Shown here: piece after piece, positions 51,745 to 64,000 of the stretch
How the letters are laid out: every line of letters begins with the position of its first letter
How positions within the stretch are numbered: the first letter of the stretch is position 1
NCBI GenBank assembly: GCA_951406725.2
Contig: OX597815.1
Coordinates: 56,296,001-56,360,000, forward strand
Source of the DNA: Octopus vulgaris
Lineage: Eukaryota
Reading direction: 5' to 3'
DNA: 64,000 nucleotides
Made by a program: the position numbers and the translations under genes
Notes under the pieces: generated by a model
What the model was told of the DNA's origin: nothing
The model's input: only the letters and a program-made list of their open reading frames with translations
The model's database searches: none

Positions 51745-51847
51745 CTTAATAGTTTCATCTTTTGCCAGAGACTCTTTGTGTTTTCCTTCCAGTTGTGAAA
51801 TACTAATGGGATCATTCTTGAATGCAAAAGGTTTCTGGATAGCCTGA
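51745..51847 (-). CDS. SPEF1: SPEF1-like internal exon (103 nt)
   Basis: tttatag|T QAIQKPF...EGKHKESLAKDETIK|gtctgg. Confidence 0.85.
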
Positions 51848-52785
51848 CTATAAAGACAGAAAAAAAAGTGATTCAATTTAAAACCTACCAAGCATTATCA
51901 GATTATAAGATATTAAAAGGAAATTGTAATAAATCAGAATTTTATAACTCTATGCTTGAATGATGACTAGAATAGCAACTCTTTATTTCAGACAAGTAAA
52001 ATTAAGCTAAGTTTGAGAAACTTCTTTTTTTTTTTAATTATACACTTAGAAAGGAAAGCTAAAAGAATATTTGAAGTTTGATCCTGCATTAGCTATTATA
52101 CAAAAATTTCCATAATACACCATATTAATTTACTGTTCTGTATAATATATTACTACAGAGAATATACAGATCTGCTAATCAAAGTATCACATTTCCGGAT
52201 TTCATTAAACTCCAGTGAAGTCAGAACATATATAATCTCTCAGTTAGATAAGATAACATTTGGCAATATATGCTTAATACACAGGGTACCATGTGTACAA
52301 TGCATAGAAATCAAGATGCTTTAATTATCAAACCCATAATTTCAATAGGTTTTAATGACACAATTATTTCACAGCTTGGCAAGAAATACATTCTTATATG
52401 AAATTAATTCTTTTGTTTATGGTACATACTCTTGTTCTTTAGTTTCAGTCATTGTACTGTGGCTAAGCTGGGACCCTTGAAGGGTTTAGTCGAACAAATT
52501 GATCACAGCAATTTAATTTTTCAAGTTTGGCACTTTTATTGACTCAGTAAGTTACAGGGACATAAGCAAATTAAATAATCAAAATGCAAGTCAAACCCAT
52601 GTTTAAAAAAAATTTAAAGATTTTTCAGGATTATGAAAAGAATTATTTAAAAGGTTCTTGTATTTTGCTGATTTAAAATTTTTTTCAAGTCTTAAAACTT
52701 GTATTTAAGATGTAAGTGTGATATAAGGGAAATAATTCTTTAAAATTTAAAAGGGAAATAATTTTACATTAGCTTAGTCACTCAC

Positions 52786-52828
52786 CTTTTCACTGTCTTT
52801 TTATTTCTACGGTATAAAAATGGTTCAC
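52786..52828 (-). CDS. SPEF1: SPEF1-like internal exon (43 nt)
   Basis: acacag|GT EPFLYRRNKKTVK AG|gtgagt; links phase 1 to phase 2 exactly. Confidence 0.75.
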
Positions 52829-55800
52829 CTGTGTATATATAAATATACAAGATGTAAAAATATAAGAGAACATAAATAATTGTCAGGAAAGGTTAGACTA
52901 TGAATTCTTTAAACTACACAGAATTTTGCTGTATGTAGTTGAATGCAATCAACTGTGGAGGTAGGTATTTTGTTCTAAAATTCCAGCCACTTTAAAAAAG
53001 CTCATTCAGGCTATCATTAGAAATAGATGAAGAAAATTATGAAGAAACTAATGCAGAATATTTGTGTATAAAAATCCACCAATAGTTAGCAGGGATCCAT
53101 ATGTGAAAACCTGAAGTAAAATTAAGCAAGTCTTTACAAATTCATTTGGAAAACAACCTTCACCATGCAAGCTAAGTACTCTCTAACATTTTGCCAACCT
53201 AAGCAAGAAATACTTTAAATTCTGTCAAATAAATTATACATCTAAACGGATAAGCTCTTGATATTATGAGTATAATTTTCTGTGTAGTTAACATTTTAGA
53301 GCTTATATTTATTACAATATTTATTTCAACACAACATTTTGATTAGTTCAATTTGAAGTCATTAACAAGTATCCTATTCATGGCTATCTACATCGCAATT
53401 TAAGCTAGAAACTTCATTTTTAAACTGAAGGTAGTAATGTACTTATCCACTATCCTGCACCTACATAAATACCTCGATACAGAAATCTAAGATTAGCAGA
53501 TCAAATCAAATCAAATATGAAGCAATTTTGTAGTAATTTAATCAATGGATTTGAAAGTAAGATTAAATGAAGTACAGTGTGTAATTACAAAGATACTATC
53601 TTACAAGTCCTATATTAAAAAAAAAACAGTAGTTTCTTTTACAGGCCATCCCAAACAAGATATGAATTAGATTATTGGGTAAAAATAGAAATGTCCAATA
53701 TTGTGAAAAGATGTATTTCAAAGCTAATTACACTACTTATAACATATTGTAGTATTAAAATAATATAACCAGTTTATATGATGTAGTAATGTATGAAGAG
53801 AAATGAATAACATATCAAGCATTTTAAAATAAAGTGTATTACAAATAAAATTTACATGAAATAATTTTATTTGTTAAAAAATTCAAAGAATACTTATGCA
53901 CTACGTGTATTTCCAGGTAGTCAAGAGTTCCATTTTCTAAGATAATGCTTCTTATTTTTAAACAAAGAGGATGAAACAAATACATGGAATGTTGATAAAC
54001 TCTTGGCAAATCAGTCTACATCAATTTTAATTCCAGTTTAACCATATCATTTCATTTATTTTTTATCTCATGGAATTTCTGATGACAATCAACCAGTAGA
54101 GGAACCACAATCAATAACATGGGCTCTGCTAGGGTACCTTGTCTTTGGATGCTCTACATGAAGACAGTCTTCAGCAATAGGACATAAGGAGCTCTGAATA
54201 GAAGTAATGTCTTGATAGCTAAGACTGCTTCATAATTGATAGGATGGACAGATATTATTAGTCCATGTCCATCCACATTTCATGTGATATTCTAAGAGCC
54301 TATACCCTGGTAAAGTACTTCAGCTGGTAAGTAAAAGCTTGAGAGGAATGGTGTTAACATGGCATCATTAACCAAATGACTTCCTTGATGAATTCACCAG
54401 CCAGGGCAGAAAAAGTTCTCACACTGAACTGTAACAACCTCATGTTCATGACAAAGACAAGTAACTTAATTGGAAATAATCTGCTGGGTTTACATCTAGA
54501 GAAGGATGAGATTTACCAGGTTTATATGCTGTATGATGAACAAACCAAGAAATAAAAGAACCTTATACTAGGCCAGTCACAGCTTGGTTTAACAATCATG
54601 CCATTTATCTTTTGCCAATTGGATGTAATGACCCAACAAGAAAATTTTGTGACAGTGAGTACATCAAAATTATCACAGTTAATATAAGAACATAAATGGA
54701 AAACTAAAAGAACACTTATGTAAGATAGAAAGTTACATGTGGCACCCTCCTTTGGGTTCTGTGAAACCTGATAGAAGAACACTCAGAAAATATGTACTCA
54801 ACTTTAGTGGAGAACAATCATAAAAATGGTAAGGTCACTAGTCAACAAGTCCATCTGTACTGGAATGTCAACCATTATCATGTAGGGCTGTGATCCACAA
54901 CTTATGAGCCAAACCCACATCACAGTGGCACAGGTTTACACACAAGAGAATATGATGATAAACATATTGAAGAAATCTACAAATAATTTCAAGAGATCAT
55001 CAAAGAAGACAAACAATAAAGGCATACAATTCATACAAAGTGTCTGGAGTGAAAAAAGTGGGAAGGAATGCATAGGATGAATGGGGGATGATTTCATCAC
55101 TTCCTACTGACTCACCCCTATGTATCTTCAACCACCTCCACCCTATTCCTATTTTTACCTACTCATTATCCACCCTTAATCTTCCTTTCTCTCAACTTTA
55201 CCCCATTGTCTTATTATTATTCTGCTACTCTTCACTCTTTCTACACTGCCAGTCATCACCTCCTTTTCCTTGTCTTCTTTCCAACTCTTATTTACCATCA
55301 ACCACACCTCTAGCCTTGTTCACTATATACTATATCCAACTCTATCCTCATCTCGTCATCTTTTATTCACCCCATACATTCTTGAAACTTCTACTCACCC
55401 ACCCTTCTTGATCTTGTGTCCTCACACTGTCTCCTACTCACCTTCTTGTACCTTGAAGACACTCTGACACCTCATTGCCACTATCTTTATCTCCTCCAGC
55501 TCCACTCCAATTACTCCTATCTACCTTTATATATTGCCTTAACAGCAAAAAACTTGTTCCTTTTCCTTCTATCATACTTTAACTTCTCAACATGTAGCAT
55601 AAAGTCACCTCCTTTTCTACTAAGGGGACTCCTTAGGCTTTGAGTTACATGATAATCATATTGGTGCTGGTACCATCATAAAAGCACCCACTACACTATA
55701 ATGTGGTTGGCATTAAGAAAGATATCCAGCCATCGGAGTACAATGCAGCCCTGTGACTCATCATATCCTGTCAAATTGTCCAACCTATGTCAGCACGGAG

Positions 55801-55849
55801 GAGACAAATGTTGAATGATGATGATGATGATAACTTGGGGGAAACTTTG

Positions 55850-57880
55850 CACCACTAGAATGCCATGAAGACCTTGAGATTGTTGTGATGATAGAGACAT
55901 TAAAAGAGATTACGGATAAAAGTGGCTGTAAATTTCAATCATGGGTCATGAACATGATATTGGACATGTATGACAAAAAGAGGAAGCTAAAGAATGATAA
56001 AAACACAAAAAGAACAAAATATAAGATCAAAATTAGTGGAAAGGAAAGCAAAGGCACTACCCCAGTATGGCTGCAAGCCTTTCACTGAAACCTGTAAAAA
56101 GCATAGACAGATGAACAATGTGAAGATATTGAAGACAGGCTTCCCCACAGCACAAGGAAGTTATTCCACCTGGTAAAAGACCTCACAAAATAAAACAAAC
56201 CAAAAGTAAACACCATCAAAAAACAAAAATGGAAAAAACTTCACTGAGTAAAAGATAATGGGAAAGGTGAACAGAATAGTGTTCAAATAGGTAAAATGCA
56301 CACAAATCTTCCAATGAGACTGATAACTCAGTCATGTGAGAAGTTAAAGCCAATGTAAGATTGCTGGTAATGTATAGAGAAAAAGCCACAATAGATCTCC
56401 TTATGACCATCTACAATACAATTTGGAAGACAGTGAATGGCTAATAAATAACTTATGATACTTTAAACTCAGGTGTTGATAATAAGGCTTCACAGAAAAG
56501 TAAACATCAACTATGCTAGAATCATAGTACAGTTAATTGTACAATGCTACTGATTATACAATCATACAATCAGCAAGATCAGCCATGCAAACAAAGTTAG
56601 TAATCAGAGTCAGCCTGAATAGACTGAGACCTTAAGAACAAAACATCATAGCCAAGGAACAAGCAAGCTTCCATAATGACAAAAGCACTTCATATCAGCA
56701 TCCTCTGTGAGAAATACTTCCAACACTAAAGTGAATTATACCATAATTTCATAAACTTCAAGAAGGGATTTGACAGAGACTGGAATGATGATGGACCACA
56801 ATGCAGAAATTCAATATGAAGTATAAACTGACTTGTACTAACCAAGGACTTTATGCCAATACAATCAGTGCAGTACTCACACAAGAACCATCAGAAAATG
56901 GTTCTCATACCACTGAAGGAGACCATCAGGGATGTTTCTTCTCCTCCATTCTCTGTAACATATTCCTGGAGTGTATCATGAATAATGGTCTCAGAAGACT
57001 GTGAGCATAGTCAGCATCAGAGGGAAGAACATCACAAGATTTGCAGATGACACTGATGGATAGCAAGAAGAGAGGAGGAATTAATTAAATTAGTGAACCA
57101 CTTTAATAGTGCTTCCACACAGTTTAAAGTGGAAATCAGTGCTGAAGAAACCAGATTAGTGGCAAATGTCTACAGTGTCATCATAACAAACATCTCAGTA
57201 AAGGACTGAAACTTGAGATAGCATAGTATCTCAAATACCTGGGGGTAATTAGTAATAAAAAAGGATCAAACCCTGAATTCCTCAACAAAAATACACAGAA
57301 AATGACCATATTAACCAAACTGAAGCTAATCTAGAAATACAAATATCCCTACATTCAGGATTGCTGTAACATAAAATTCTAATTTGCAAAACATATTTTC
57401 TGTGGATTTCCATGTTCAATGATTCTTATATAACAAGACAATGGAAAATAGGTTTTATGCAATGGAATTTTACATTTTGGCAAAATTTTCAGGAATACAA
57501 TGTTTCCATAAGACAGGAAATGCCTGTACAGAGAAAGACAGACGCACTGAAAATGGGATGCTACTGCAACAAATATCTCATACTTGGAATATACAAAACC
57601 ATCCAGCATTAAATTAGACTCCATGATGGCTTTCTCATAACAGTAAAGAAAAGAAAAAGAAAGAAAAAAACTGAGCTGATATGCCCACATAAGAATATCT
57701 GATGGCCTTACAAAGACCATTCTTCAAGGAACCTTGGAAGGAGAAAACAGGAAGAGAGGAGATTGGAAAAAGGTATATGGACATCATCAAGGAATGGACA
57801 GAAAAATGATTAGCAGAGAACTAAGTTTGTGTATACCATCAAGATAGATGTACAGTATATCATGACTGTGCCCTTTTGAC
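55850..57880 (+). mobile_element. Old degraded RTE/BovB-like LINE
   Basis: EQASF, HQGC.FS..L.NIFLE, RFADDT, KYLG, KTILQGTLEG. Confidence 0.7.
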
Positions 57881-58076
57881 TCCATTAAAAGTTTAGGGCC
57901 AATGCTAAACCTGTAAAATTAATGATTACTGGTAGTAATACAGATTAAACAGCTTTCAGAAGTAAATAAATATTCACAATAACTTATGATACTAACACCT
58001 AAGACTCAATTTACGAGCAAATTTCATAAAATTTTAGACAGAAATAAATTTTTATGAATGCTTTTGATAAACTCAC

Positions 58077-58339
58077 ATGTACTTTGGTCAGCTTCAGGTT
58101 GATCACAATTTTGTGGTAATTGATTTTGAAATTCCTGTTCTGGAGGGTCTAACAGAGGAACTGTTTTTTGGTCAAGATTAAACTTCAAGTAGCTAGTGTG
58201 AGCCCATTCCTTATTATTAAAAGTTTCTAATCGTGAACGCAAAAAAAGTAATACTTTTTCAATAGCATATGGCTTGCAATATGCAACAGCACAAATGACC
58301 TCATCTGAAAGTTCGAATTTCATCTTGGAAAAGACTCGC
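58077..58339 (-). CDS. SPEF1: SPEF1-like exon, C-terminal part of the CH domain; N-terminal exons not found in the window
   Basis: ataacag|G RVFSKMKFELSDEVICAVAYCKPYAIEKVLLFLRSRLE...|gtgagt, resembling SPEF1 KVLKRLNFSVPDDVMRKIAQCAPGVVELVLIPLRQRLE. Confidence 0.88.
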
Positions 58340-59744
58340 CTGTTATAAAAATAACAAAGTAAAATATAAATTGAAAATATTTTGGAATGCATCATTCTCA
58401 AAGTAAGAGGAAAATATTTTCTTTCTATGACAACTTTCAAGAGCTATTGGTTAAATGTCTAATCTATTATTGATAGAATTAACATAAACAAACATAAATT
58501 GGCTGTGAAAACTAGTAATTAAACATCTAAAAAAACTTTTATTTTAGTAACTTAATGAAAGATATTTAACATTTGTAATGAATTCCGTTTTTTTTTATTA
58601 TCAGATCTAAAAATTCTAGAAATTTAATCATGTGAAATTATAAGTAAGCAGTATTTTTAGGTGCCAATTTGTTGAAAATTTTAATTCATTATAAAAATTT
58701 ACAGTATCAAAAGCATTTTCTACATTTCCAAAACCAAACTTAATAAAGTTGTCTCCCTAAAATAAACAGACTATTTGTGTAGAATCTACAAGTGAATTTC
58801 AACAACTACAATATTATCCTACTCACTGCAATAGTGGCAACATCACAGATAAATTAAAGAGAATAATAATTACTATTATCACTATGAAAGTTATGAATTT
58901 TTCTCTTACAAGCTCTAGAAATTATGCTGATTCACTTTTTTCTCTAACTTTACACTGAAGAAATTTAAAGGTGCTGAATATATGGTGAACTATTTATCTG
59001 TTTGATTTCTTTTACAAACAGAAAAGGTGGTATATGATACTACCACACTCATTATGACAATGAAGATTTTACAGAAGAATTTTATGTCAGAGAGACAAAT
59101 TAAGTTAAGAAAACAGCAACAAGCATTTTAATGGTCATTTTTTCCCTGCGAAAACAGGAGTTAACCTAGCAGGTCCCATGATTATCTTTCCCATTTTACC
59201 CTATCCTCTACATTCTCCTCACCAACTCCCTTACATTTCTTCCTCCATCATTTTTAACCATGCCTTTCTTTGTTTTCTCCTTTCTCTACTCCACCCATCC
59301 AGTTACTTTCATTCTTCCTCAACTTGTGACCCAGCCATCTCATCCCATCTCTCTTTACACCTGCCACAAATGGGCTTATGATGTTTCATCCATGCTGCTA
59401 TTGTAGCTGGTGAAGTTAATGAATGAAAATATGTTTCTTGGCTGCATGGAGAAGCAACTGAACAAATCCTCATGACAAACTAAGAGACTAAAAATTATCA
59501 TCATCATCATTATTATTATTATCATCATTATTATTACTATTATCATTATTAAAATGGTGAGCTGGTAGAACTAATAGCACACTAGATAAAGTGTTGAGTG
59601 ACATTTCATTCTGAGTTCAAGTTCTGCCAAGGTCAACTTAGCTGTACGTCCTTTCAGGGTCAATAAAATAAGCACCAGTCAAGTACTGGAATCAATGTAA
59701 TTGACCAGGCCTTGTGCCTATAGTAGAAAGAATAATTATTATCC

Positions 59745-62200
59745 CACATGGACATTCAGAACAAATTTTATCTTCCAATAGATTCCATATTTTAAGTGAA
59801 GATTTTGAGAAAAGCCCAAAGAGTAGTAAGAAATCTAATGAAAGTAAGACTCTGAAAACCATTTGCCCAAGAAAATCCATCACACTAGAGAATAAGTCTG
59901 TCATAAATTTATCTAAACTAAAAATTTTGCCCGACAATGTCTCAGTCTTGGAGCTTGAACTGAGTTTCTGCCCAAGTACTAAAAAAACTGGTAACAAGGA
60001 GTCAGAAAAGTCCATCCTGAACTTTATCTGGTTACCAATTGGGATTCTTTTCAATCCAATTATGCCAGATTTGATTATCATCATTTTTATTTTCAGTAAG
60101 CCTATGCTTACTGAAAATAAAAATGATGATAATCAAATCTGGTAACCAGATAAAGTTCAGGATGGACATTCACAAGTACTATTGGAATTTCTTGAATCTT
60201 GTCAGATAGGCATTAGAGAAAGCCTTGAAACAAGTGGAAAGAAGTCCTGGAATAACCTCACAAATTCTCAATGTTACACAATTCGACGTCTAACTAATAA
60301 CAATTCTATTGTTATTAAAATGGCAGATGCACTATCATAATTATGGACAAAAGTGAGTATATTTTGGCTTGCAAAGAAGTTTTAAATGACAAAACTTCAT
60401 ATGAAGAATTACCTGCCAATCCAAACTCCAATTACAGAGAGGTACTTGACAAAATAATTCTGGAAATGGTGGAAAACAATTTCATTAATAAGGCCGAATC
60501 CAGGATTTGGGTCAGAAAGAACACCTGTATTTTATGGTCTCCCTAAAATACACAAAAAGTTCGAAAGATTTTTTCCAATGCCCTCAATTTGCAGCAGATA
60601 TGAATGTTGGATAGTCAAGATTTTGGAATGACTGGATGGTTTTCTACTCCCTGTCACAAAAAGATCAAAGTTCCTATATTCAGGATACTTTTGATTTTGT
60701 GGATAAAATCAACAACTTTTTTAAGCACCGAGGCTGTGTTGAGAACTGTTTTTTGGTAACTATGGCTGTTTCTTCCTTATATCCCAGTATTGAGCACAAT
60801 AACAGAGTAGAAGCATGCATGGATGTCTTCAAATAGCGGTTAAGCAAAAGTATTCCATCAAATTTTCTCTGTAGGTTATTGAAGTTTGTGTTACAAAGTA
60901 ACACAATGAAGTTTGGGCAAAGATTTTATCACCAGTTCGAGGGGTTGTGCCATGGGTAGCCCCATTACAGTTAATTTTGCTAATGTCTTCATGACGAAAT
61001 TCATGACACAGTTACTGAAGACATTCAAATCCTTTCATGGTCATGAACCAATACTCTGGTTACGGTTCATTGATGACATCTTTTTTGTCTAGGAAGGATC
61101 ACGGGATAGTTTAATTGCGGTTACAGTGAATCATAATTAAAGGAAATAGCAAATGAATTAGCTAAGATTAGCAAAGATAGTCAAACCTTCATGCATAATT
61201 TTAGCAAACACAATACAATAGATGACAGAATTCCTTTAGTGATTAACTGGCACTGAAATTTTGCTGTTATTTCAAAAGTGTTGCATGAAAGTTACCAGCA
61301 TGTGGCGAAAAAATATAATTTCAAACAGATATTTCCTCAGCTGCCTTTTGTAACCTTTAGACGGAATAAGAATATACAAAAATTATTGACCTCTATTTCT
61401 GACTCCAAGAAAACGAACATTGGAGTCTTTGCACACTGTACCTTGAAAAACAGCCACAAGAGAGGTAAGCCCTGTTCATTGCACAACAACATGAGTCAAG
61501 TGAATTCCATCAGGAATCATAACAGAAATGTTATGGTATATACAGAAGGTGGGACATGTAGAGATTCCCATCTGGTGTATGCGGCAGAATGCGCGAAACA
61601 CAACTTGATTCATGTTAGTTGTACAACAGAACAATTAAACAAAAAGATTTAATGGGCACAGATATGACGTAAGGTACAATAACAGTAGTTCGACAGAACT
61701 TGCCGAACATTTTACATGAAACGGCTGCAATTTTGAAAAAGACTTGAACGTGCATATTCTCAGAAAATATTCTGATTCTGCTACACTTTTACTTCTTAAA
61801 ATGCATGAGAAGAATATGTTTGCAGGTTATTAACATCACACCCTGGAGGAATGAATAAAATGACAGGAGAATATCATCAAATTTATACAAAACTGTTTGA
61901 TTAAATATTCTTTTTCCTTTTATTTTCTTCTTTCCTTTTTTTTGTTTTTTTTCTTTTCACCTGTTATAAACTTGAAACTGAAAGACTGATGATGTTATTC
62001 CATCAACATGTGGATGCTGGTTGCTATCGTTCATATTTTAAATTTAAATTTCTATAATTTTGAATTTTTATCACTTCTTATTTTGAACTCGACAAAGACA
62101 GGTTTCCTGTCAAAATATTGTTCAACCAATAAAATATCTATTGCAATCACATCATGCTCTTCGTCTTGTCTGTTTACCTTTCTGAAGAGTTACATCAATC
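59745..62200 (+). mobile_element. Degraded Penelope-like element (RT and GIY-YIG)
   Basis: VINLSK..LSFCP, IMDKSEYI, FYGLPKIHKK, SYIQDTFDF, VSSLYPSI, AMGSP, WLRFIDDIF, HLVYAAEC; CTGATGA remnant at 61986. Confidence 0.85.
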
Positions 62201-63280
62201 CTTTTAAAATATTATTATTATTATTATCATCATTAAGAAGGTGGCAAATACACAATATTGTTACCACACCAGACAAAATGCTTAGCAATATTTCTTCCAG
62301 CCTTACATTCTGATTCAAATGCCACCAGGGTTGACTTTGCCTTTCTTCCTTTCAGGGTCAATGAAATAAGTACCAGTTATTGGATCAATAAAATCAACTA
62401 GCCCTTTCCCCTAAAAGTTTAGTCCTTGTACCTATAGAAGAAGAGACCTATTATTATTATCACTAGCATACCCGTGTTGGTAAAAATGTCGACAATTTTA
62501 TTAAAGATAGAAAACAGCACAACACAATAGGGAAAACCACCAATCAGCAATCTAGCAAATATATGTACATACACAGAATTGAAGCACTTGAAGAATCAGA
62601 TATGATTGTAATCTCTCAGTTGAAAACATTACCCATATGAAGATCTTTCAGTTACCATGTACTTTACTCACAAGGCTTTGGTCAGCTCTATGATATAGTA
62701 GAAGACTATATAGATATATATATATACATATATACATAAACACACACACATGTGTGTGTGTGTGTGTATACACACACAAATACATACAGACAGACAGAAG
62801 ATGAGGAGTTTAGGTTAAGGTAGCTCAAACTAATAGGTGTGCATTCTGAGTGCTCCAAAAGATAAGCCACAAAAATCCCAATTCGAACAGGGGATGGAGT
62901 TGTGGTAACACAAATGCCCTCTTCGGAAAAAAGTTGACAATCAGTTGCTAACATCTATTGCCTTTTTTCTATTCTCTCTACCAATATTGTATTACTGTTA
63001 TTGCTAATTCAACTCTCTTAGATTGAATTAAATGAATTTAAATGCCATAGTCCTGCATTGATGACTTGTTTTCTTCACTACTTTAATTTATATATACATA
63101 TAGAGGTTATGAGAGGTAATGGTGTCAATAAGACCCAAAGGTGTCAGGTAATGTTGAGTAAGTGCTATGGACAGACTATAGTTAAGCTCCAGGTTCGGTG
63201 ATTATGCGAGTGAGGAGTCCAATGTAGGTCATATATCAGCATGTGTATATATTAAAAAATTTTCAGAATGAGATAAAAAT

Positions 63281-63484
63281 TCAAGGCTGTGAAATATTTT
63301 AGAACATTTATAAAAAAGGTCTTACAGCTGTTTCCAGGATATTTTACATATCCCTTCATCGGAGACGGAATATTTTATATATCCCTTCACAGTCTCCGAT
63401 GAAGGGATATATAAAATGTCCTGGAAACAACACCTTCTAAGACCTTCTATTTATAAATGTTCTAACATCTTTCACAGCCTTGGA
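63281..63484. mobile_element. Short fold-back element with a CCGATGA-core HHR per arm (63319-63366 on -, 63392-63443 on +)
   Basis: Minus strand: gtct-CCGATGA-a-gggatat-gtaaa-atatcct-g-GAAA-cagctg-TA-agac. Confidence 0.8.
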
Positions 63485-64000
63485 TTTTTATTTCATTCTG
63501 AAAAATTTTATACACACACATATATACATACATATATACAACCCCCCCCTATATATATATATATATATATAATCAAAATAAGCAACAAGAATATCTTCAG
63601 TAATTTGGTACGATCGTTTCATGCTACATCATTTTATTAAACATTGTAAGTATTACAACAGTTTTAAAATGTTGAGCAATCATCAGACATTTATAGAGGT
63701 TTTCCATCAATACATATACTTATTTTCATGTTAATTGATAACATTATAAAGAGGGTAGATATATAGACAGAGATGTTCATTTGAATGTTAAGAACATTAA
63801 GGTATTAGAATTTATCTTCTGACTAAAGAATATTCTTAAGTTATTTTGAACAGCTAGAAAGTGAGGAGGGATATTCTGTTGAATGGAGACAAAAGAGATA
63901 TTCTATTTATAGAATTAGGTAGGGGTGAAATAAATGTCAGAAGTTATTCCTAAAGAAATTAAAGTGGAAAGGGGATTATATTGTCTTAGATGCTGTTTAC

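Noticed and set aside
53890-54195. Extra SPEF1 exon
   Set aside because: The candidate acceptors I tried give an immediate stop in the required phase, and the four-exon model is already in frame
61986-62015. Complete hammerhead after the PLE ORF
   Set aside because: CTGATGA and helix II (tgtt/aaca) are present but GAAA and helix III are missing

Overview
Eukaryotic, AT-rich, repeat-dense genomic DNA, most likely octopus or another coleoid cephalopod (inferred from the SINE types, microsatellite load and a mollusc-type lysozyme). It holds two convergent intron-containing genes. The first is a complete 4-exon i-type lysozyme on + (14622-37366, 142 aa, with altered active-site motifs). The second is the 3' four coding exons of a SPEF1/CLAMP-like gene on - (58339-45150). 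The rest is microsatellites, RTE, Tx1/L1 and Penelope-like (PLE) retroelements, SINEs, mariners and Helitrons; most ORF-track entries are artefacts. Four signals stand out. (1) At least 8 sequence-unrelated hammerhead-ribozyme (HHR) motif families occur, mostly in short fold-back PLE-type elements beside (TA)n, some with non-canonical cores. (2) One of these families carries a tRNA-derived Pol III head, i.e. a candidate PLE-mobilised ribozyme SINE. (3) Two patches look like A-to-G hyper-edited sequence fixed in DNA. (4) Inverted repeats bracket exons of both genes.
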